A stretch of DNA of 64,000 nt from Parabacteroides sp. (GTDB taxonomy: Bacteria; Bacteroidota; Bacteroidia; Bacteroidales; Tannerellaceae). Location of the stretch: contig JAGBDR010000009.1 of NCBI GenBank assembly GCA_017937385.1, forward strand, positions 107,721 to 171,720. The letters are read 5' to 3'. Under the pieces are notes generated by a model, which saw only the letters and a list, made by a program, of their open reading frames with translations, was not told where the DNA came from and did not search any database. Position 1 is the first letter of the stretch, and each line of letters opens with the position of its first letter. This document shows positions 49,601 to 58,628 of this stretch, piece by piece. Both the position numbers and the translations under genes were made by a program.

Positions 49601-49814
49601 CCGTATCTATACGGTAGGCAGAGAGCAAGTCATCGTGACCGCGGCCAACGCCCCGTTGAAGACCATTCTCGTCCATACGGTCAGCGGCAAGCAGGTACGC
49701 AGCATCCAAGCCGACGGAATGCAGTGGCAATTCCGCCTGCCCACAGGCCTCTACCTCGTCACCGCCATTGACAAAGAAGGCCTTCAGGAAACAGAAAAGA
49801 TTGTCGTGAAGTAA
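43689..49814 (+). CDS. Large secreted surface protein/adhesin with probable T9SS C-terminal sorting domain
   Basis: Sec signal MKHRNLF...LRAQ; YLVWQG..NWND..QW and YLVGNPF motifs; C-terminal ...VSGKQVR....LPTGLYLV...EKIVVK. Confidence 0.8.
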   Translation: MKHRNLFIQFLRSIPLLLILLLFNGGALRAQNNPQYATGDQMKVTSDIETHLWFFPDGTRISVAQEGTGNISHIISRDHNGESWQYSGSESVMITIERTDDDTKPLSVLVVEYGDQTPLPAQQITVKWDNNETQIFSNNIEERTVYLRLKEPITSKKIELTFQPNSTQFDIKKIYSLPSIQHKAAKWHKMRSKTTTYGDTFDKTEFFELTGDDYVNRQVQATHVMTDTIYMRRGTRVNLTLPNKLDDNQLTQNSMNSYIRWYSYRTGTTYLTEHRTQNGTFPNVGVYDLLTPANSNEGASDAITRFDNGYLLLPFTTKSLFAGMNFYFPTDDEFKAWFPSFENSSKIDNNLYVVACDVSQYADYGTDETITGTQLAEKFKNSDYCEPTLTHRLIYYIKAVEEEEPPYEEYTINMPATRVRSYTTELVTLSKMARNYLSQNGTEEAATLVATIDANDNSAGIELCNQHDYDGGKQDQLILTGTDRNITFRYPRVNDDQTRTVIPETDNGQPLTATIVVRHQNSDKVVAKFHLNFVRGGRLLTQSMVKLLDGEEVNGQTLDRYNTTQWATLGYRTPKKIDEDPNNEVLTELTMDYDESEDIESDNHIKGYYPYPLAWNSSSYGFYDGTKKNSGFNGNKNCAEWGNYAITTKYVECGGEGEWEKSNITRPNTTGAYEPKGYHLYIDASDRPGTIFRAPFRKKLCSNAQLTFSAWVKVAREGIADNAGMLLTIMGKTVDEKGYDKYVPVYRYLTGQIPATYVASANLPGFSTEPKSNEWFHVYFTFMNGNIDYEDYYLQVDNYSASTAGADMYLDDVRVYMAKPKALVKQKKITCNEFTLMTLALDWETLLARINASEEETDETITASIDFCFVDSLDYAKAIYVDHLPTAEAIQASWMPITTDKTRHVGHLSFNLNFSKNDEYPESEDKSVFSEHSNQFYRTGTKEDGNRQLIGDFNSALQQNRRYMILIRENQGNRDDENVDGFTDAYDDCSISASFSVESQNQVLINGEVLKPEKEQEYCVGQTIELAMQLRVEDKDENGNTIYKPYEGSTVYYDWYFNSPREGTEEDFETQQSEYDNVTVKEALVLLREHYPNVTAEAYTDTDGTTKYRLPSDVTAKDDFTNNHIDLINAKLNEPGRDAAVNRRLILRRERLTVRLLDNDGRSLKIIPIPITENEKALICAEPVDLRMTPFGSAPSVQPGFEYMNYPEETYNPAMRIGLKHIENSTQTNQITVNLRNIKYARELDEYGANKPTHVGLMSSGMDESDVLNDIYLIGSTDPAYKDLFTESNSPYTYVIGKVHSFYAQPRKLGDEINGTNVMKIHFKDGEQMTEGDKDLKFDPKEGYEYTFMVRYEEHYNTGTRADDNENSDDDKLPVPCYGNFIMTMKVVPEYLVWQGTTTGLNWNDDSQWKRATNEDIHANNIIPNYGNNYNDNPGYVPMRFSKIIIPRDGKVELYKAGFEGDKTKYRNVEWKTEINDDAHKHMDPPATDEYRKHPIQYDMMVYGKKGDDGNYTDMHTDPYTVNRCEEVHFEPGAEMMHAELLSYKNQLSSDDITYQKAWVEYELEKGRWYALSSPLQNVFSGDFYTGKDGKEASEYFTPIQWNNNNSRLNPTVYQRGWKGSSATMVGTGTDATGERAIAGNWSALYNKVDENYGENGFSLRVQDIEGTGSKALFRLPKADVSYTYNSNDGNTSSGTISRENSHKLRIDNLNDNNNGMTVPLAANDNNPYYLVGNPFMAQLKMEEFFNKNTSLAKTYWLVDENNQQIAANGNNDAWTANGKDGNNGTVPPLTSFFVKKADNATTVPNEVTFTADMQTLDTEATTASEPNTPALYLTITTADGRQSHASIAYDAASDKGYRTDEDAELFLDSNLGNVPMVYTVAGTMAASVNRTSDLYDIPVGVYGGDKASNVVLSFDGMESFASVSLYDAVRKIETPLHEGKKIEIPAATAGRYFLRAGMPTANETIARNAFRIYTVGREQVIVTAANAPLKTILVHTVSGKQVRSIQADGMQWQFRLPTGLYLVTAIDKEGLQETEKIVVK

Positions 49815-49844
49815 GATATCAAGGGTTTCCCTGATACAGATCCG

Positions 49845-49885
49845 GGAGGGTGTACCGAGATTCATTCCAGGCACACCCTCCTTTT
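49845..49885 (+). terminator. Intrinsic terminator ending the pilus operon
   Basis: GGAGGGTGT...ACACCCTCC followed by TTTTT. Confidence 0.75.
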
Positions 49886-50015
49886 TATCCTGCCGGCAAA
49901 AAAGAGCATTAAAGATACAGCTAAAATTTTATCTATATCTGAACGTAAAGTTCAAGAACTACTCACCGAATAATCTAAACTTTCCCCATATCTTTCCTTC
50001 GAACTATATCAAAAC

Positions 50016-50070
50016 ACAGAAGACCGCAGATTCATTATTGCAAACCAATAAAAAATCTGCGGTCTTCTGT
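50016..50070 (-). terminator. 17-bp-stem hairpin downstream of the AspT/YidE gene
   Basis: ACAGAAGACCGCAGATT (50016-50032) / AATCTGCGGTCTTCTGT (50054-50070). Confidence 0.65.
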
Positions 50071-50108
50071 CTAATTCGCGTTCTCCACGCCTCCTATCAT
50101 TCCACGCC

Positions 50109-51785
50109 CTACGCGAAGAACAAGATCAGCAATTGCGCCGTCAATACCCGGAGGAACATCGTCAGCGGGTAAACCGTTGCATACCCTACCGACGGAGCAT
50201 CGTTTCCGGCTGTTGCGTTCGAATAAGCCAATGCAGGCGGGTCGGTCGTACTACCGGCAATAAGCCCCATAAGCGTAAAATAGTTGACCTTGCAGAAATA
50301 GCGGCCGATACAGCCGATGATCATCAACGGGACAAACGTGATAATGAAACCGTAGCCAATCCAGGCAAAACCACCGTTATTCACAATCGTATCGACAAAA
50401 CCGTCACCCGCACTGATACCGACACAGGCAAGGAACAACGTAATACCCACCTCACGCAACATCAAATTGGCACTCTGTGTCGTATAAGTAATCAACTTAT
50501 AGTGATAACCGAAACGGCTGACCAAAATCGCCACAATCAGCGGACCACCAGCCAGACCTAACTTCACCGGCTGCGGAATACCCGGGAATGTAATGGGAAT
50601 GCTACCCAAGACGATACCCAGTGCGATACCGATAAAGATTGTGATCAGGTTCGGTTCGTTCAGACGCTTCATCGAGTTGCCCAACACCTTTTCCACATTG
50701 CCGACGGCCGTTTCCGTACCGACCACATTCACACGGTCGCCCACCTGCAAAGTCAGTCCCGGTTTAGCAACCAGATCCATACCGGCACGGCTGATGCGGG
50801 TAATATTGATACCGTACAACTTGCGCAGCTTCAACTGTCCCAGCCGCTTGCCGTTCAACTCCGGTTTCGTGATCAGGATACGACGGTTGATGAACTGGCT
50901 CTCCATACGAATCCACTGTTTACGCTCCATGTCGATCTCCTCCCCGATAAAGGTCTTGATTGTCTCGGCATCCGTCTCGGTCGTGATGACAAAGACCTTG
51001 TCGTTTTCCTGCAACAACGTATTGGCGGAAGCGATCTCGATCTGTTTGTTGCTGTCACGCCAGATACGGGAAATGACGAAATCGCGATGTTCCAACAGGT
51101 TCGACAATTCGGCCACCGTCTTGTTGAAGATCGCCGGGTTCTTCACCACTAATGAAATCGGCTTGGCCTCATTGGTGTGCGAAGCATCTTCGTTGTTCAA
51201 CTGCTCATTTTCCTTATCGAAATTTATACGGAAAATATACTTAATCAAAATAATAGACAGGATGATACCGATCACACCCAACGGATAAGCGACGGCATAT
51301 CCCAAAGCGATCGTATTGTCAGCCACTCCGTGCATATCGGAAAACGCCTGCTGAGCCGCTCCCAAGCCCGGAGTATTCGTGACCGCTCCCGACAAGATAC
51401 CGACCATCGTAGGCATCGGAATACCGGTTACATAATGCAGGATGATAGCTGTCACGACACCGAGAAACACGATTCCACATGCCAGCATATTCAACGTTAT
51501 CCCTCCTTGCTTAAAGGAAGAAAAGAAACCCGGTCCGACCTGCATACCCACAGAGTAGACAAAAAGTATCAATCCGAACTCCTTAAAAAAGTGAATCACA
51601 TTGTGGTTGATCGTAAAACCGAAATGGCCTAAAATGATCCCCACAAATAACACGAGAGTAATTCCCAATGATACGCCAAAGACCTTAATTTTACCCAATT
51701 GAATGCCCGCGGCGATCACAAAGGAAAGCAGAAGTATGGAGTGGCCAATGCCTTCGCCCCATAACAAATCATTAATCCAATTCAT
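50109..51785 (-). CDS. AspT/YidE/YbjL-family transporter with two TrkA-C domains
   Basis: [60 protein letters not shown]. Confidence 0.92.
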   Translation of the reverse strand: MNWINDLLWGEGIGHSILLLSFVIAAGIQLGKIKVFGVSLGITLVLFVGIILGHFGFTINHNVIHFFKEFGLILFVYSVGMQVGPGFFSSFKQGGITLNMLACGIVFLGVVTAIILHYVTGIPMPTMVGILSGAVTNTPGLGAAQQAFSDMHGVADNTIALGYAVAYPLGVIGIILSIILIKYIFRINFDKENEQLNNEDASHTNEAKPISLVVKNPAIFNKTVAELSNLLEHRDFVISRIWRDSNKQIEIASANTLLQENDKVFVITTETDAETIKTFIGEEIDMERKQWIRMESQFINRRILITKPELNGKRLGQLKLRKLYGINITRISRAGMDLVAKPGLTLQVGDRVNVVGTETAVGNVEKVLGNSMKRLNEPNLITIFIGIALGIVLGSIPITFPGIPQPVKLGLAGGPLIVAILVSRFGYHYKLITYTTQSANLMLREVGITLFLACVGISAGDGFVDTIVNNGGFAWIGYGFIITFVPLMIIGCIGRYFCKVNYFTLMGLIAGSTTDPPALAYSNATAGNDAPSVGYATVYPLTMFLRVLTAQLLILFFA

Positions 51786-51897
51786 AAATAAAAAGTGTAG
51801 TTATAATCTTAAATTTGCCTTAGAGGCTGCAAAGGTAGACATTTACTTTGTGTTTAACAACATAAATATTACCTTTACGCACCAAATATTTTAAAAG

Positions 51898-52746
51898 ATG
51901 AAAAAGATCTATTATATCCTTTCAGGCTTATTGGCCTGCTTTTCTCCAGCTTTCGGACAGAGCGATGCTGACACCGTAACCTCCGCATCGGAACAGGTTC
52001 CTGCGAAAATAGTCACTATCAGCACGAGTGCCGGGACCTTGAAAGCCAAACTGTATAACGACGTTCCGAACCACGTCCGGACCTTTATCGAACGTGCCAA
52101 ACAGGGCGAATACAACGGGACATTGTTCACCCGCGTGCTCCCTGAATTCATGATACAGGGCGGCGCCCCCGATTCGCGCAATGCTCCGGCCGGTGCCCGT
52201 TGCGGTTTCGGAGACCGCAATTCGGAAATCATGCCGGAGATAAAGCCTCACCACTTCAACAAACGAGGCGCATTGGCTGCTCCCCGCCAGAACGACGACA
52301 TCAACCCGCAAAAGAAATCAGATATGTCGCAATTCTATATCGTACAAGGGAAAGTCTACACCAACGGCGAACTGGATACGCTGGAAATGATTGCCAACCA
52401 GGATATCAAAGAAAAGGCCATGCAGAAGTTCTTCTATCCTGTCCGCGCCGAACTGCGTATGCAGAAAGCCAGCAACAAACGCGAATACCAGAAACGCCTG
52501 CGCAAGATCAATGCCCAAGTCGACTCGATGGTGCGTGCCACACCCGGCCACTTGCTGTTCACCGAAGAACAACGGAAAGCCTACACCACCGAAGGCGGCT
52601 GCCACCATTTAGACGGTCATTATACCGTATATGGCGAACTCATTGAAGGATTCGACGTACTCGATGCCATCGCCGGGCAACCTCGCGACGCGTATGACCG
52701 CCCGAAAAAAGACATCCGGATTATTCAATTGACAATTGAGAATTGA
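51898..52746 (+). CDS. Periplasmic cyclophilin-type peptidyl-prolyl isomerase
   Basis: Y.GTLFTRV...FMIQGG, RGALAAPR, SQFYIV, HLDGHYTVYGE. Confidence 0.9.
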   Translation: MKKIYYILSGLLACFSPAFGQSDADTVTSASEQVPAKIVTISTSAGTLKAKLYNDVPNHVRTFIERAKQGEYNGTLFTRVLPEFMIQGGAPDSRNAPAGARCGFGDRNSEIMPEIKPHHFNKRGALAAPRQNDDINPQKKSDMSQFYIVQGKVYTNGELDTLEMIANQDIKEKAMQKFFYPVRAELRMQKASNKREYQKRLRKINAQVDSMVRATPGHLLFTEEQRKAYTTEGGCHHLDGHYTVYGELIEGFDVLDAIAGQPRDAYDRPKKDIRIIQLTIEN

Positions 52747-52754
52747 CAATTTAT
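52727..52754 (+). repeat. 7-bp tandem tract supplying the cyclophilin stop codon
   Basis: AATTGAC AATTGAG AATTGAC AATTTAT; reads QLTIEN*. Confidence 0.75.
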
Positions 52755-52762
52755 CTTTCATT

Positions 52763-53173
52763 ATGCTTAAACGAGACTTCATTATGATACAGATCGAAGA
52801 ACTGGCCAAAGTAGTTCTTCAGATCATTATGAACCGCAACACGAATGCGGCCCGTCATACTCCGGAGTTAGTCCAAACCGTGTACAACTCCCTTAAGCTG
52901 GACCGTCCAACCCTCATGACGGCCTCGCCCGAAGAGCTTGTCCGCCAACTCGACAGTGACGACAACGGCGGAATCCTACGCCTTGAGATAGCGGTCAAGA
53001 CTTTGATCGAAGAGAGCTATCTCTACCCTGACAAGGAGCAAGCGATATTGCAAAAAGCCAAGATGCTCCTGGAATATCTCCAGGCACACGACAATACGTT
53101 CTCCTTAGAGCGCGTGAATATGCTGGACGAATTGGAACGGCGCATGAAGCCTTACAATAAACCGACGGCATAA
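52763..53173 (+). CDS. Hypothetical helical protein
   Basis: 136-aa ORF starting MLKRDFIMIQIEEL; no family recognised with confidence. Confidence 0.7.
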   Translation: MLKRDFIMIQIEELAKVVLQIIMNRNTNAARHTPELVQTVYNSLKLDRPTLMTASPEELVRQLDSDDNGGILRLEIAVKTLIEESYLYPDKEQAILQKAKMLLEYLQAHDNTFSLERVNMLDELERRMKPYNKPTA

Positions 53174-53219
53174 TCCGTTTAATAGAACAGTCGGATAACT
53201 ATTTTAACCCAGGAATGAA

Positions 53220-54275
53220 ATGAGAAGAACGTTCAGCCTCTTATTGATTTGTCTGATCGCTTTATACGGCCGGATCGGATATCAAATGATCCACAACACC
53301 GATTTGCCCCAATGCCAACCGGAAGGAAACCTCTCCGATGTGGCAGATGAAGTAATCGCGGTTCCTTTGGAAACGAACGGACATTGCTCGTTGAAAAAGA
53401 TCAAAATGATCAAGCGCGACCGGGAAGATATCTTTCTCGTCAGCGACCGCCAACTTTACCATTTCAACAGCTCCGGCCAATTTCTCGGACAGATAACAGC
53501 ACAGCGGCCCGGCATGAAACAGCCCGTCGAACTGGTTGATTATGCGCTCGATCCCATCCATGACCGGCTGATCGTTATCGGAAACAGGCATGAAGTCTAT
53601 TATTACGATTACGACGGACAACTGCTTCACCAAAGCATGCTTCCCCACGAGGCTTCGTGGAAAACATTCGGGCATATAGCTTACTACGACAACTATCTGT
53701 GGACGACAATCGACCTGGTCAACACCGAAAACCAAGAAGCTCCGACCGTCGAACAATGGCTGTACCAATTTGATCTGGGTTTCCAAGAAGTCGGGAAACG
53801 TAAATTAGATGCCGCCGATTTAGGACGGATGGATATCAACCACAAGACAAATCCCGAAATAGCCGTCAAAGACGGACACGTTTATGTACAGGCTCCCTCC
53901 TTACAACCAGCCCATATCTTGAACGACACGCTTTATCTTATCAACAGCAACCAGCTGGCCATCACGGAAGACTATGCCCAAATTCTACCTTTACAGATCG
54001 GGGCACGCTTTCTGCTCTCCACCCACTGCGATCCGATCCTGCCGGAACGCAGTTACACGTTTTGTTACGACCAGCAAAAAGCAAAAGCCTATAACGTACA
54101 AGGAGGATTGGAAGACAATTTCTACAAGACCGGCAAAGTTTCCGAACTTCAATCCATAGACCTTAAAAGCAACACCTATTGCTTTTACAAAAGTGGCCAA
54201 GAACTCGCCGACTCTTTTCCTGAACGGGCAAACAAAGACAATCCGGTCTTATTCATCGTCAAAATGAAAGCCTGA
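53220..54275 (+). CDS. Six-bladed beta-propeller protein (Bacteroidales DUF4934/DUF5128-like)
   Basis: LSDVADEVIAVPLET, LYHFNSSGQFL..I, YDYDGQLL blade motifs; N-terminal anchor. Confidence 0.75.
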   Translation: MRRTFSLLLICLIALYGRIGYQMIHNTDLPQCQPEGNLSDVADEVIAVPLETNGHCSLKKIKMIKRDREDIFLVSDRQLYHFNSSGQFLGQITAQRPGMKQPVELVDYALDPIHDRLIVIGNRHEVYYYDYDGQLLHQSMLPHEASWKTFGHIAYYDNYLWTTIDLVNTENQEAPTVEQWLYQFDLGFQEVGKRKLDAADLGRMDINHKTNPEIAVKDGHVYVQAPSLQPAHILNDTLYLINSNQLAITEDYAQILPLQIGARFLLSTHCDPILPERSYTFCYDQQKAKAYNVQGGLEDNFYKTGKVSELQSIDLKSNTYCFYKSGQELADSFPERANKDNPVLFIVKMKA

Positions 54276-54298
54276 CTTCACGGCCAGGCTTTCATTTT
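54261..54298. terminator. Bidirectional terminator
   Basis: AAAATGAAAGCCTG-N10-CAGGCTTTCATTTT. Confidence 0.8.
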
Positions 54299-54304
54299 CA
54301 GGAA

Positions 54305-55060
54305 TTAAAAAATCCGTCCACAAAGGCGTATCTTCATAACCGGATAAACAGTCAGCTTATCCATTACTTTCGAGAATGTATCGTCCGGATCGACTTCATC
54401 CAACAAGTTGCTGACGTTGCCATAATCCGTATAGACATCCGGTTTGCCATGGAACTGAACGCCCAGTTCGAACATCATGCCAATCCGCTTCTTCGGTACG
54501 GCACGGCCGAATCCCAATCCTACATACGGGCGGAAACTTGAAACCGTCAAACCGCCTGATACATTACCGTTCTTGTCTACCGGAATCGTATAGTCGCCGA
54601 TAACGACACCCGCCTTGCCAGCCTCGGCGACCAAATCTTTCAACTGATCGCTATGACCGCTAATCTTCAGCAAAGTTCCCCCGCCAAAATAAGCACCGGC
54701 AGTCAAAAAGAAAGCACCTTTCTTGAACGGATAATAATTCACAAGCAATTCACCGGAAACCCGCTTGATACTTCCTTCCATTTCGATCGTGGAGGGAGCG
54801 TTCATCCCTTCTGCCGCTTCCACATCGACATCCACATCCGTGCTCATACTGAAATTCGGCATAATGGAAAAACCGCCGCGCAAAGCGAAGTGGGAAGTAA
54901 TAGGTGTCGCCACATTCACATCGACTCCGGTAGTACCGATTCCGACACCTGCTGCCAAAGAATTAAACACGCCCAATTCTTTCTGGGCCACGACATCACT
55001 CACAGTCACTCCTGAAAAGGCTAACGAAATAGCGCAAAGTAGAGTCCTAAAACTTTTCAT
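54305..55060 (-). CDS. Outer-membrane beta-barrel protein
   Basis: Signal peptide from MKSFRTLL, GIGTTGVD, RPYVGLGFG, terminal YPVMKIRLCGRIF. Confidence 0.75.
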   Translation of the reverse strand: MKSFRTLLCAISLAFSGVTVSDVVAQKELGVFNSLAAGVGIGTTGVDVNVATPITSHFALRGGFSIMPNFSMSTDVDVDVEAAEGMNAPSTIEMEGSIKRVSGELLVNYYPFKKGAFFLTAGAYFGGGTLLKISGHSDQLKDLVAEAGKAGVVIGDYTIPVDKNGNVSGGLTVSSFRPYVGLGFGRAVPKKRIGMMFELGVQFHGKPDVYTDYGNVSNLLDEVDPDDTFSKVMDKLTVYPVMKIRLCGRIF

Positions 55061-55207
55061 AACTTCTAATAAATGATTTGCATTGAAATAAAGTACGACA
55101 AAGGAAAGAAGAATTTTCGACATACAGCTTGATATAGATAAAAAAAGAGAGCACAAGGGCCGGAACCCTGCGCTCTCTTTTCTATTCCATACCTTTTTTA
55201 CAAAGAC

Positions 55208-55942
55208 CTACTCTTCGCCTTCGTTATCATCTTCCTTCATATTATGGAACACATTCTGGACATCTTCGTCTTCTTCCAGCTTTTCAATCAGCTTTTCAAT
55301 TGATTCTCGCTGTTCGGGAGTCACCTCTTTCACATCGTTCGGAATGCGGACAAATTCGCTGCTGGTGATTTCATATCCATTCTCTTCCAGATATTTCTGG
55401 ATCGACGAGTTCTGGGCAAACTCACCAGAGAGAACGACTTCGTCTTCATCTTCCTCCACTTCATCGACTCCATAGTCGATCAGTTCCAACTCAAGATCTT
55501 CCAACGACATGCCCTCTTTCTTTGTGATATGGAAAACACATTTGTGCTCGAACAAGAACTCCAAGCTACCGGATGTGCCCAAAGAACCACCGTTCTTGTT
55601 GAAATAACTACGCACGTTTGCGACCGTACGAGTCGTGTTGTCGGTTGCCGTCTCCACGAAGATAGCGATACCGAAAGGACCATATCCTTCGTAGTTCATT
55701 TCCTTATAATCGGTAAAATCTTTAGAAACAGCCCGCTTGATCGCACGTTCGACATTTTCTTTCGGCATGTTCTCTTTTTTGGCAGTCTGCATCAATACAC
55801 GCAAACGCGGATTGTTTTCAGGCTCCGGTCCACCCTGCTTGGCGCATATCGTAATTTCTTTACCCAATTTAGTAAATACACGGGCCATATTGCCCCAACG
55901 CTTAAACTTTCTCGCTTTGCGAAACTCAAACGCTCTTCCCAT
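55208..55942 (-). CDS. yebC: YebC/PmpR-family protein
   Basis: MGRAFEFRK, NPRLR, MPKENVERAIK, YEGYGP.G, TDN.TRT, DDVQNVFHN-like. Confidence 0.95.
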   Translation of the reverse strand: MGRAFEFRKARKFKRWGNMARVFTKLGKEITICAKQGGPEPENNPRLRVLMQTAKKENMPKENVERAIKRAVSKDFTDYKEMNYEGYGPFGIAIFVETATDNTTRTVANVRSYFNKNGGSLGTSGSLEFLFEHKCVFHITKKEGMSLEDLELELIDYGVDEVEEDEDEVVLSGEFAQNSSIQKYLEENGYEITSSEFVRIPNDVKEVTPEQRESIEKLIEKLEEDEDVQNVFHNMKEDDNEGEE

Positions 55943-56040
55943 GATGTATGATTTATGATTTATAATTTATGATTTATGAAAGGATTTATGATTTATGATT
56001 TATTTTCGACGCATAAATCATAAATCATAAATCAAGAATC
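55943..56040. repeat. GATTTAT heptamer tract plus 21-bp-arm hairpin filling the pheT-yebC spacer
   Basis: Five units at 55943-55977; (GATTTAT)3 at 55983-56003, 9-nt loop, (ATAAATC)3 at 56013-56033. Confidence 0.92.
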
Positions 56041-56045
56041 CGTTA

Positions 56046-58511
56046 TTATCCTCTCAACTGTGCTCCTAACTTCTGTTCCAAGTTCGTCCGGATCTTCTTC
56101 ATGATCGCTTCAATCTGCTTATCATTCAAAGTCTTTCCCTCATCCTGCAAATAGAAGCTGACCGCATACGACTTCTTGCCTGCCGGCAGGTTCTTTCCCT
56201 CGTACACATCAAACAACGCAACATCTTTCAACAGTTTACGTTCGCTCTCTCTTGCGATCTTTTCTATTTCGGCAAACTGAACATTCTTATCCAGCAACAG
56301 GGCGAGGTCGCGTTTTACAGCCGGGAATTTAGAGATTTCAGAGAAAGTCACCTTGCTCTTCTTGATTTCTTTCATCAGCAAAGTCCAGGAAAGTTCTGCA
56401 TAATAGACTTCCGTGTCGATATCCATCTCCTTACAGATCTTCGGGCTGACGATACCCATCGTACCCAACTGGCGACCGGACGGAGTCGTAATGCTCAAAC
56501 CGGCCGAATAGAGATCGTTCGTCAGATTACCGAAAATAACCTTCTGCAAGTTCACACCCAGACGGACCAGGATATTTTCCACATACGCCTTCAATTCGTA
56601 AACCGAAGACTTTTCATTCGGATGCGCCCAGTTGTTCTCCACGCGACTGCCGCTCACCCAAAGGCCCAGACGGTATTCTTCCAAGAACTCGCCCAGCGTT
56701 TCCCCCTCTTTCTTCCGGTCGATATTGTAATCGTAGCAATTCCCGAATTCAAAGAAACGGATATTGCCATTCTTGCGTTTCGCATTATGTTCGATACTTT
56801 CCAGACCGCCGAACAACAACGTCTGACGCATACAATTCAGATCGGCACTCAGCGGATTCATCAGCATCACACTGTGAGAAACCGGATAAGTGGAAAGAGA
56901 ATCATAATAGGCCGAACGGGTCAGCGAGTTATTCAGAATCTCGTTGAAACCACAACCGCAAAGCTGTTCGGAAATCAGGTTCTGCAATTTATAACTGCAG
57001 TCGGTCGGAGTCTGATAGCTCAGGTTGGACTTCACATGATCGCTGAACTCCACATTATTATATCCGTAAATACGGAGTATGTCTTCAATCACATCGACAT
57101 CACGCTGCACATCGATACGATATACAGGTACATCGATCACCAATCCCTCTGCCGTTTCGGAAACGATCTTCATTTCCAGGCTTGCCAGAATGCTCTTGAC
57201 CGTTTCAACCGGAATCACCTTACCGATCAGCGTGTTGACCTTATTGTAAGTCAGTTCCACACGATACGGTGCAACCGGAGCCGGATAGATGTCCTGAATA
57301 GCTCCCGTAATCGTTCCGCCGGCCAACTCCTGAATCAACAGGGCGGCACGTTTCATCACATCGACCGTCTGGTTCGGGTCCAAGCCACGTTCATAACGGA
57401 AAGAAGCATCCGTGTTCAGGCCGAAGCGACGGGCCGTCTTACGAATCCAAGTCGGATGGAATGTGGCAGATTCCAGGAACACATTCTGTGTCTGTTCCGT
57501 CACGCCGGAATCGAGTCCGCCGAATACACCGGCAATACACATCGGCTCTTCCGCATTGCAAATCATCAGGTCACGATCGGTCAGCGTACGTTCCACACCA
57601 TCGAGCGTCACGAACTTGGTACCTTCCGTCGCCGAGCATACTACAACCTTATTTCCTTTGATCTTATCAGCGTCGAAAGAGTGCAAAGGCTGTCCCACAC
57701 CGTGCAAGATATAATTCGTAACATCCACTACGTTATTAATAGGACGCAAGCCGATCACCTTCAGACGGTTCTGCAACCATTCCGGGCTTTCCTTCACCGT
57801 CACCCCTTTGATCGTAATACCCGAATAACGCAGGCAAGCCTCTTTATTTTCAACAACAACTTCGATAGCCGGAGTTTCATCATCGATCTTGAAAGCATCC
57901 ACATTCGGGCGCTTCAATTCGGCCGGCTTGCCATTCTGTTTCAGGTAAGCGGCCAGATCGCGGGCCACGCCGAAATGGGAAGTGGCATCCACACGGTTCG
58001 GGGTGATATCGACTTCCAGCACGTAGTCGCTCTTTACATTATAATATTCTTTGGCCGGAGTACCGACAACCGCTTCCGCCGGCAGCACGATAATACCGGA
58101 ATGGTCTGTTCCGATACCGATTTCATCTTCAGCACAGATCATGCCGTTCGACTCGACGCCACGGATCTTGGAACGCTTGATCGTAAAGCACTCGTCCCCA
58201 TCATACAATTTAGTACCGTTTACAGCCACTACCACTTTCTGACCGGCAGCCACATTCGGAGCACCACAAACAATCTGAAGGGGTTCCGCGCCACCTACGT
58301 TTACGGTTGTAATGTGCAAGTGATCGGAATTCGGATGTTCTTCGCAAGTAAGAACTTCACCGATGACAAGTCCTTCCAATCCGCCCTTAATGGTTTGAAC
58401 TTCTTCTACTCCGCCGGTTTCCAAACCGATAGAGGTGAGTGCTGCTGCTACTTCTTCAGGCTGTAAATCAAAATCAAGATAATCTTTCAGCCAATTGTAA
58501 GATATATTCAT
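56046..58511 (-). CDS. pheT: Phenylalanine-tRNA ligase beta subunit
   Basis: MNISYNWL, HPNSDHL, IVCGAPNV, ITPNR, FERG, FDVYEG...KSYA. Confidence 0.97.
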   Translation of the reverse strand: MNISYNWLKDYLDFDLQPEEVAAALTSIGLETGGVEEVQTIKGGLEGLVIGEVLTCEEHPNSDHLHITTVNVGGAEPLQIVCGAPNVAAGQKVVVAVNGTKLYDGDECFTIKRSKIRGVESNGMICAEDEIGIGTDHSGIIVLPAEAVVGTPAKEYYNVKSDYVLEVDITPNRVDATSHFGVARDLAAYLKQNGKPAELKRPNVDAFKIDDETPAIEVVVENKEACLRYSGITIKGVTVKESPEWLQNRLKVIGLRPINNVVDVTNYILHGVGQPLHSFDADKIKGNKVVVCSATEGTKFVTLDGVERTLTDRDLMICNAEEPMCIAGVFGGLDSGVTEQTQNVFLESATFHPTWIRKTARRFGLNTDASFRYERGLDPNQTVDVMKRAALLIQELAGGTITGAIQDIYPAPVAPYRVELTYNKVNTLIGKVIPVETVKSILASLEMKIVSETAEGLVIDVPVYRIDVQRDVDVIEDILRIYGYNNVEFSDHVKSNLSYQTPTDCSYKLQNLISEQLCGCGFNEILNNSLTRSAYYDSLSTYPVSHSVMLMNPLSADLNCMRQTLLFGGLESIEHNAKRKNGNIRFFEFGNCYDYNIDRKKEGETLGEFLEEYRLGLWVSGSRVENNWAHPNEKSSVYELKAYVENILVRLGVNLQKVIFGNLTNDLYSAGLSITTPSGRQLGTMGIVSPKICKEMDIDTEVYYAELSWTLLMKEIKKSKVTFSEISKFPAVKRDLALLLDKNVQFAEIEKIARESERKLLKDVALFDVYEGKNLPAGKKSYAVSFYLQDEGKTLNDKQIEAIMKKIRTNLEQKLGAQLRG

Positions 58512-58628
58512 CGCTTTAAAATTTATTCAGTAAAGAGACGGGGGCCGTCCGGCCTACGCCAAATTGACGGACAAAAGTACAAATAATTATTTAATATGTA
58601 GAACAACAGCAAAACGAAAATGAGTTCC

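Noticed and set aside
43689-49814. Diversity-generating retroelement acting on the adhesin
   Set aside because: No reverse transcriptase and no TR/VR repeat pair with adenine-specific mismatches seen in the window
34314-49996. attL/attR direct repeat CATATCTTTC (34314-34323 and 49987-49996) bounding the island
   Set aside because: Only 10 bp in AT-rich DNA, with no tRNA target; the inverted repeats explain the recombinase better. An empty-site comparison would be needed
56622-58466. 614-aa antisense ORF opposite pheT (and similar long shadow ORFs opposite gltB, asnB, addB-like, tamB)
   Set aside because: Expected from codon bias of GC-rich genes; no recognisable motifs
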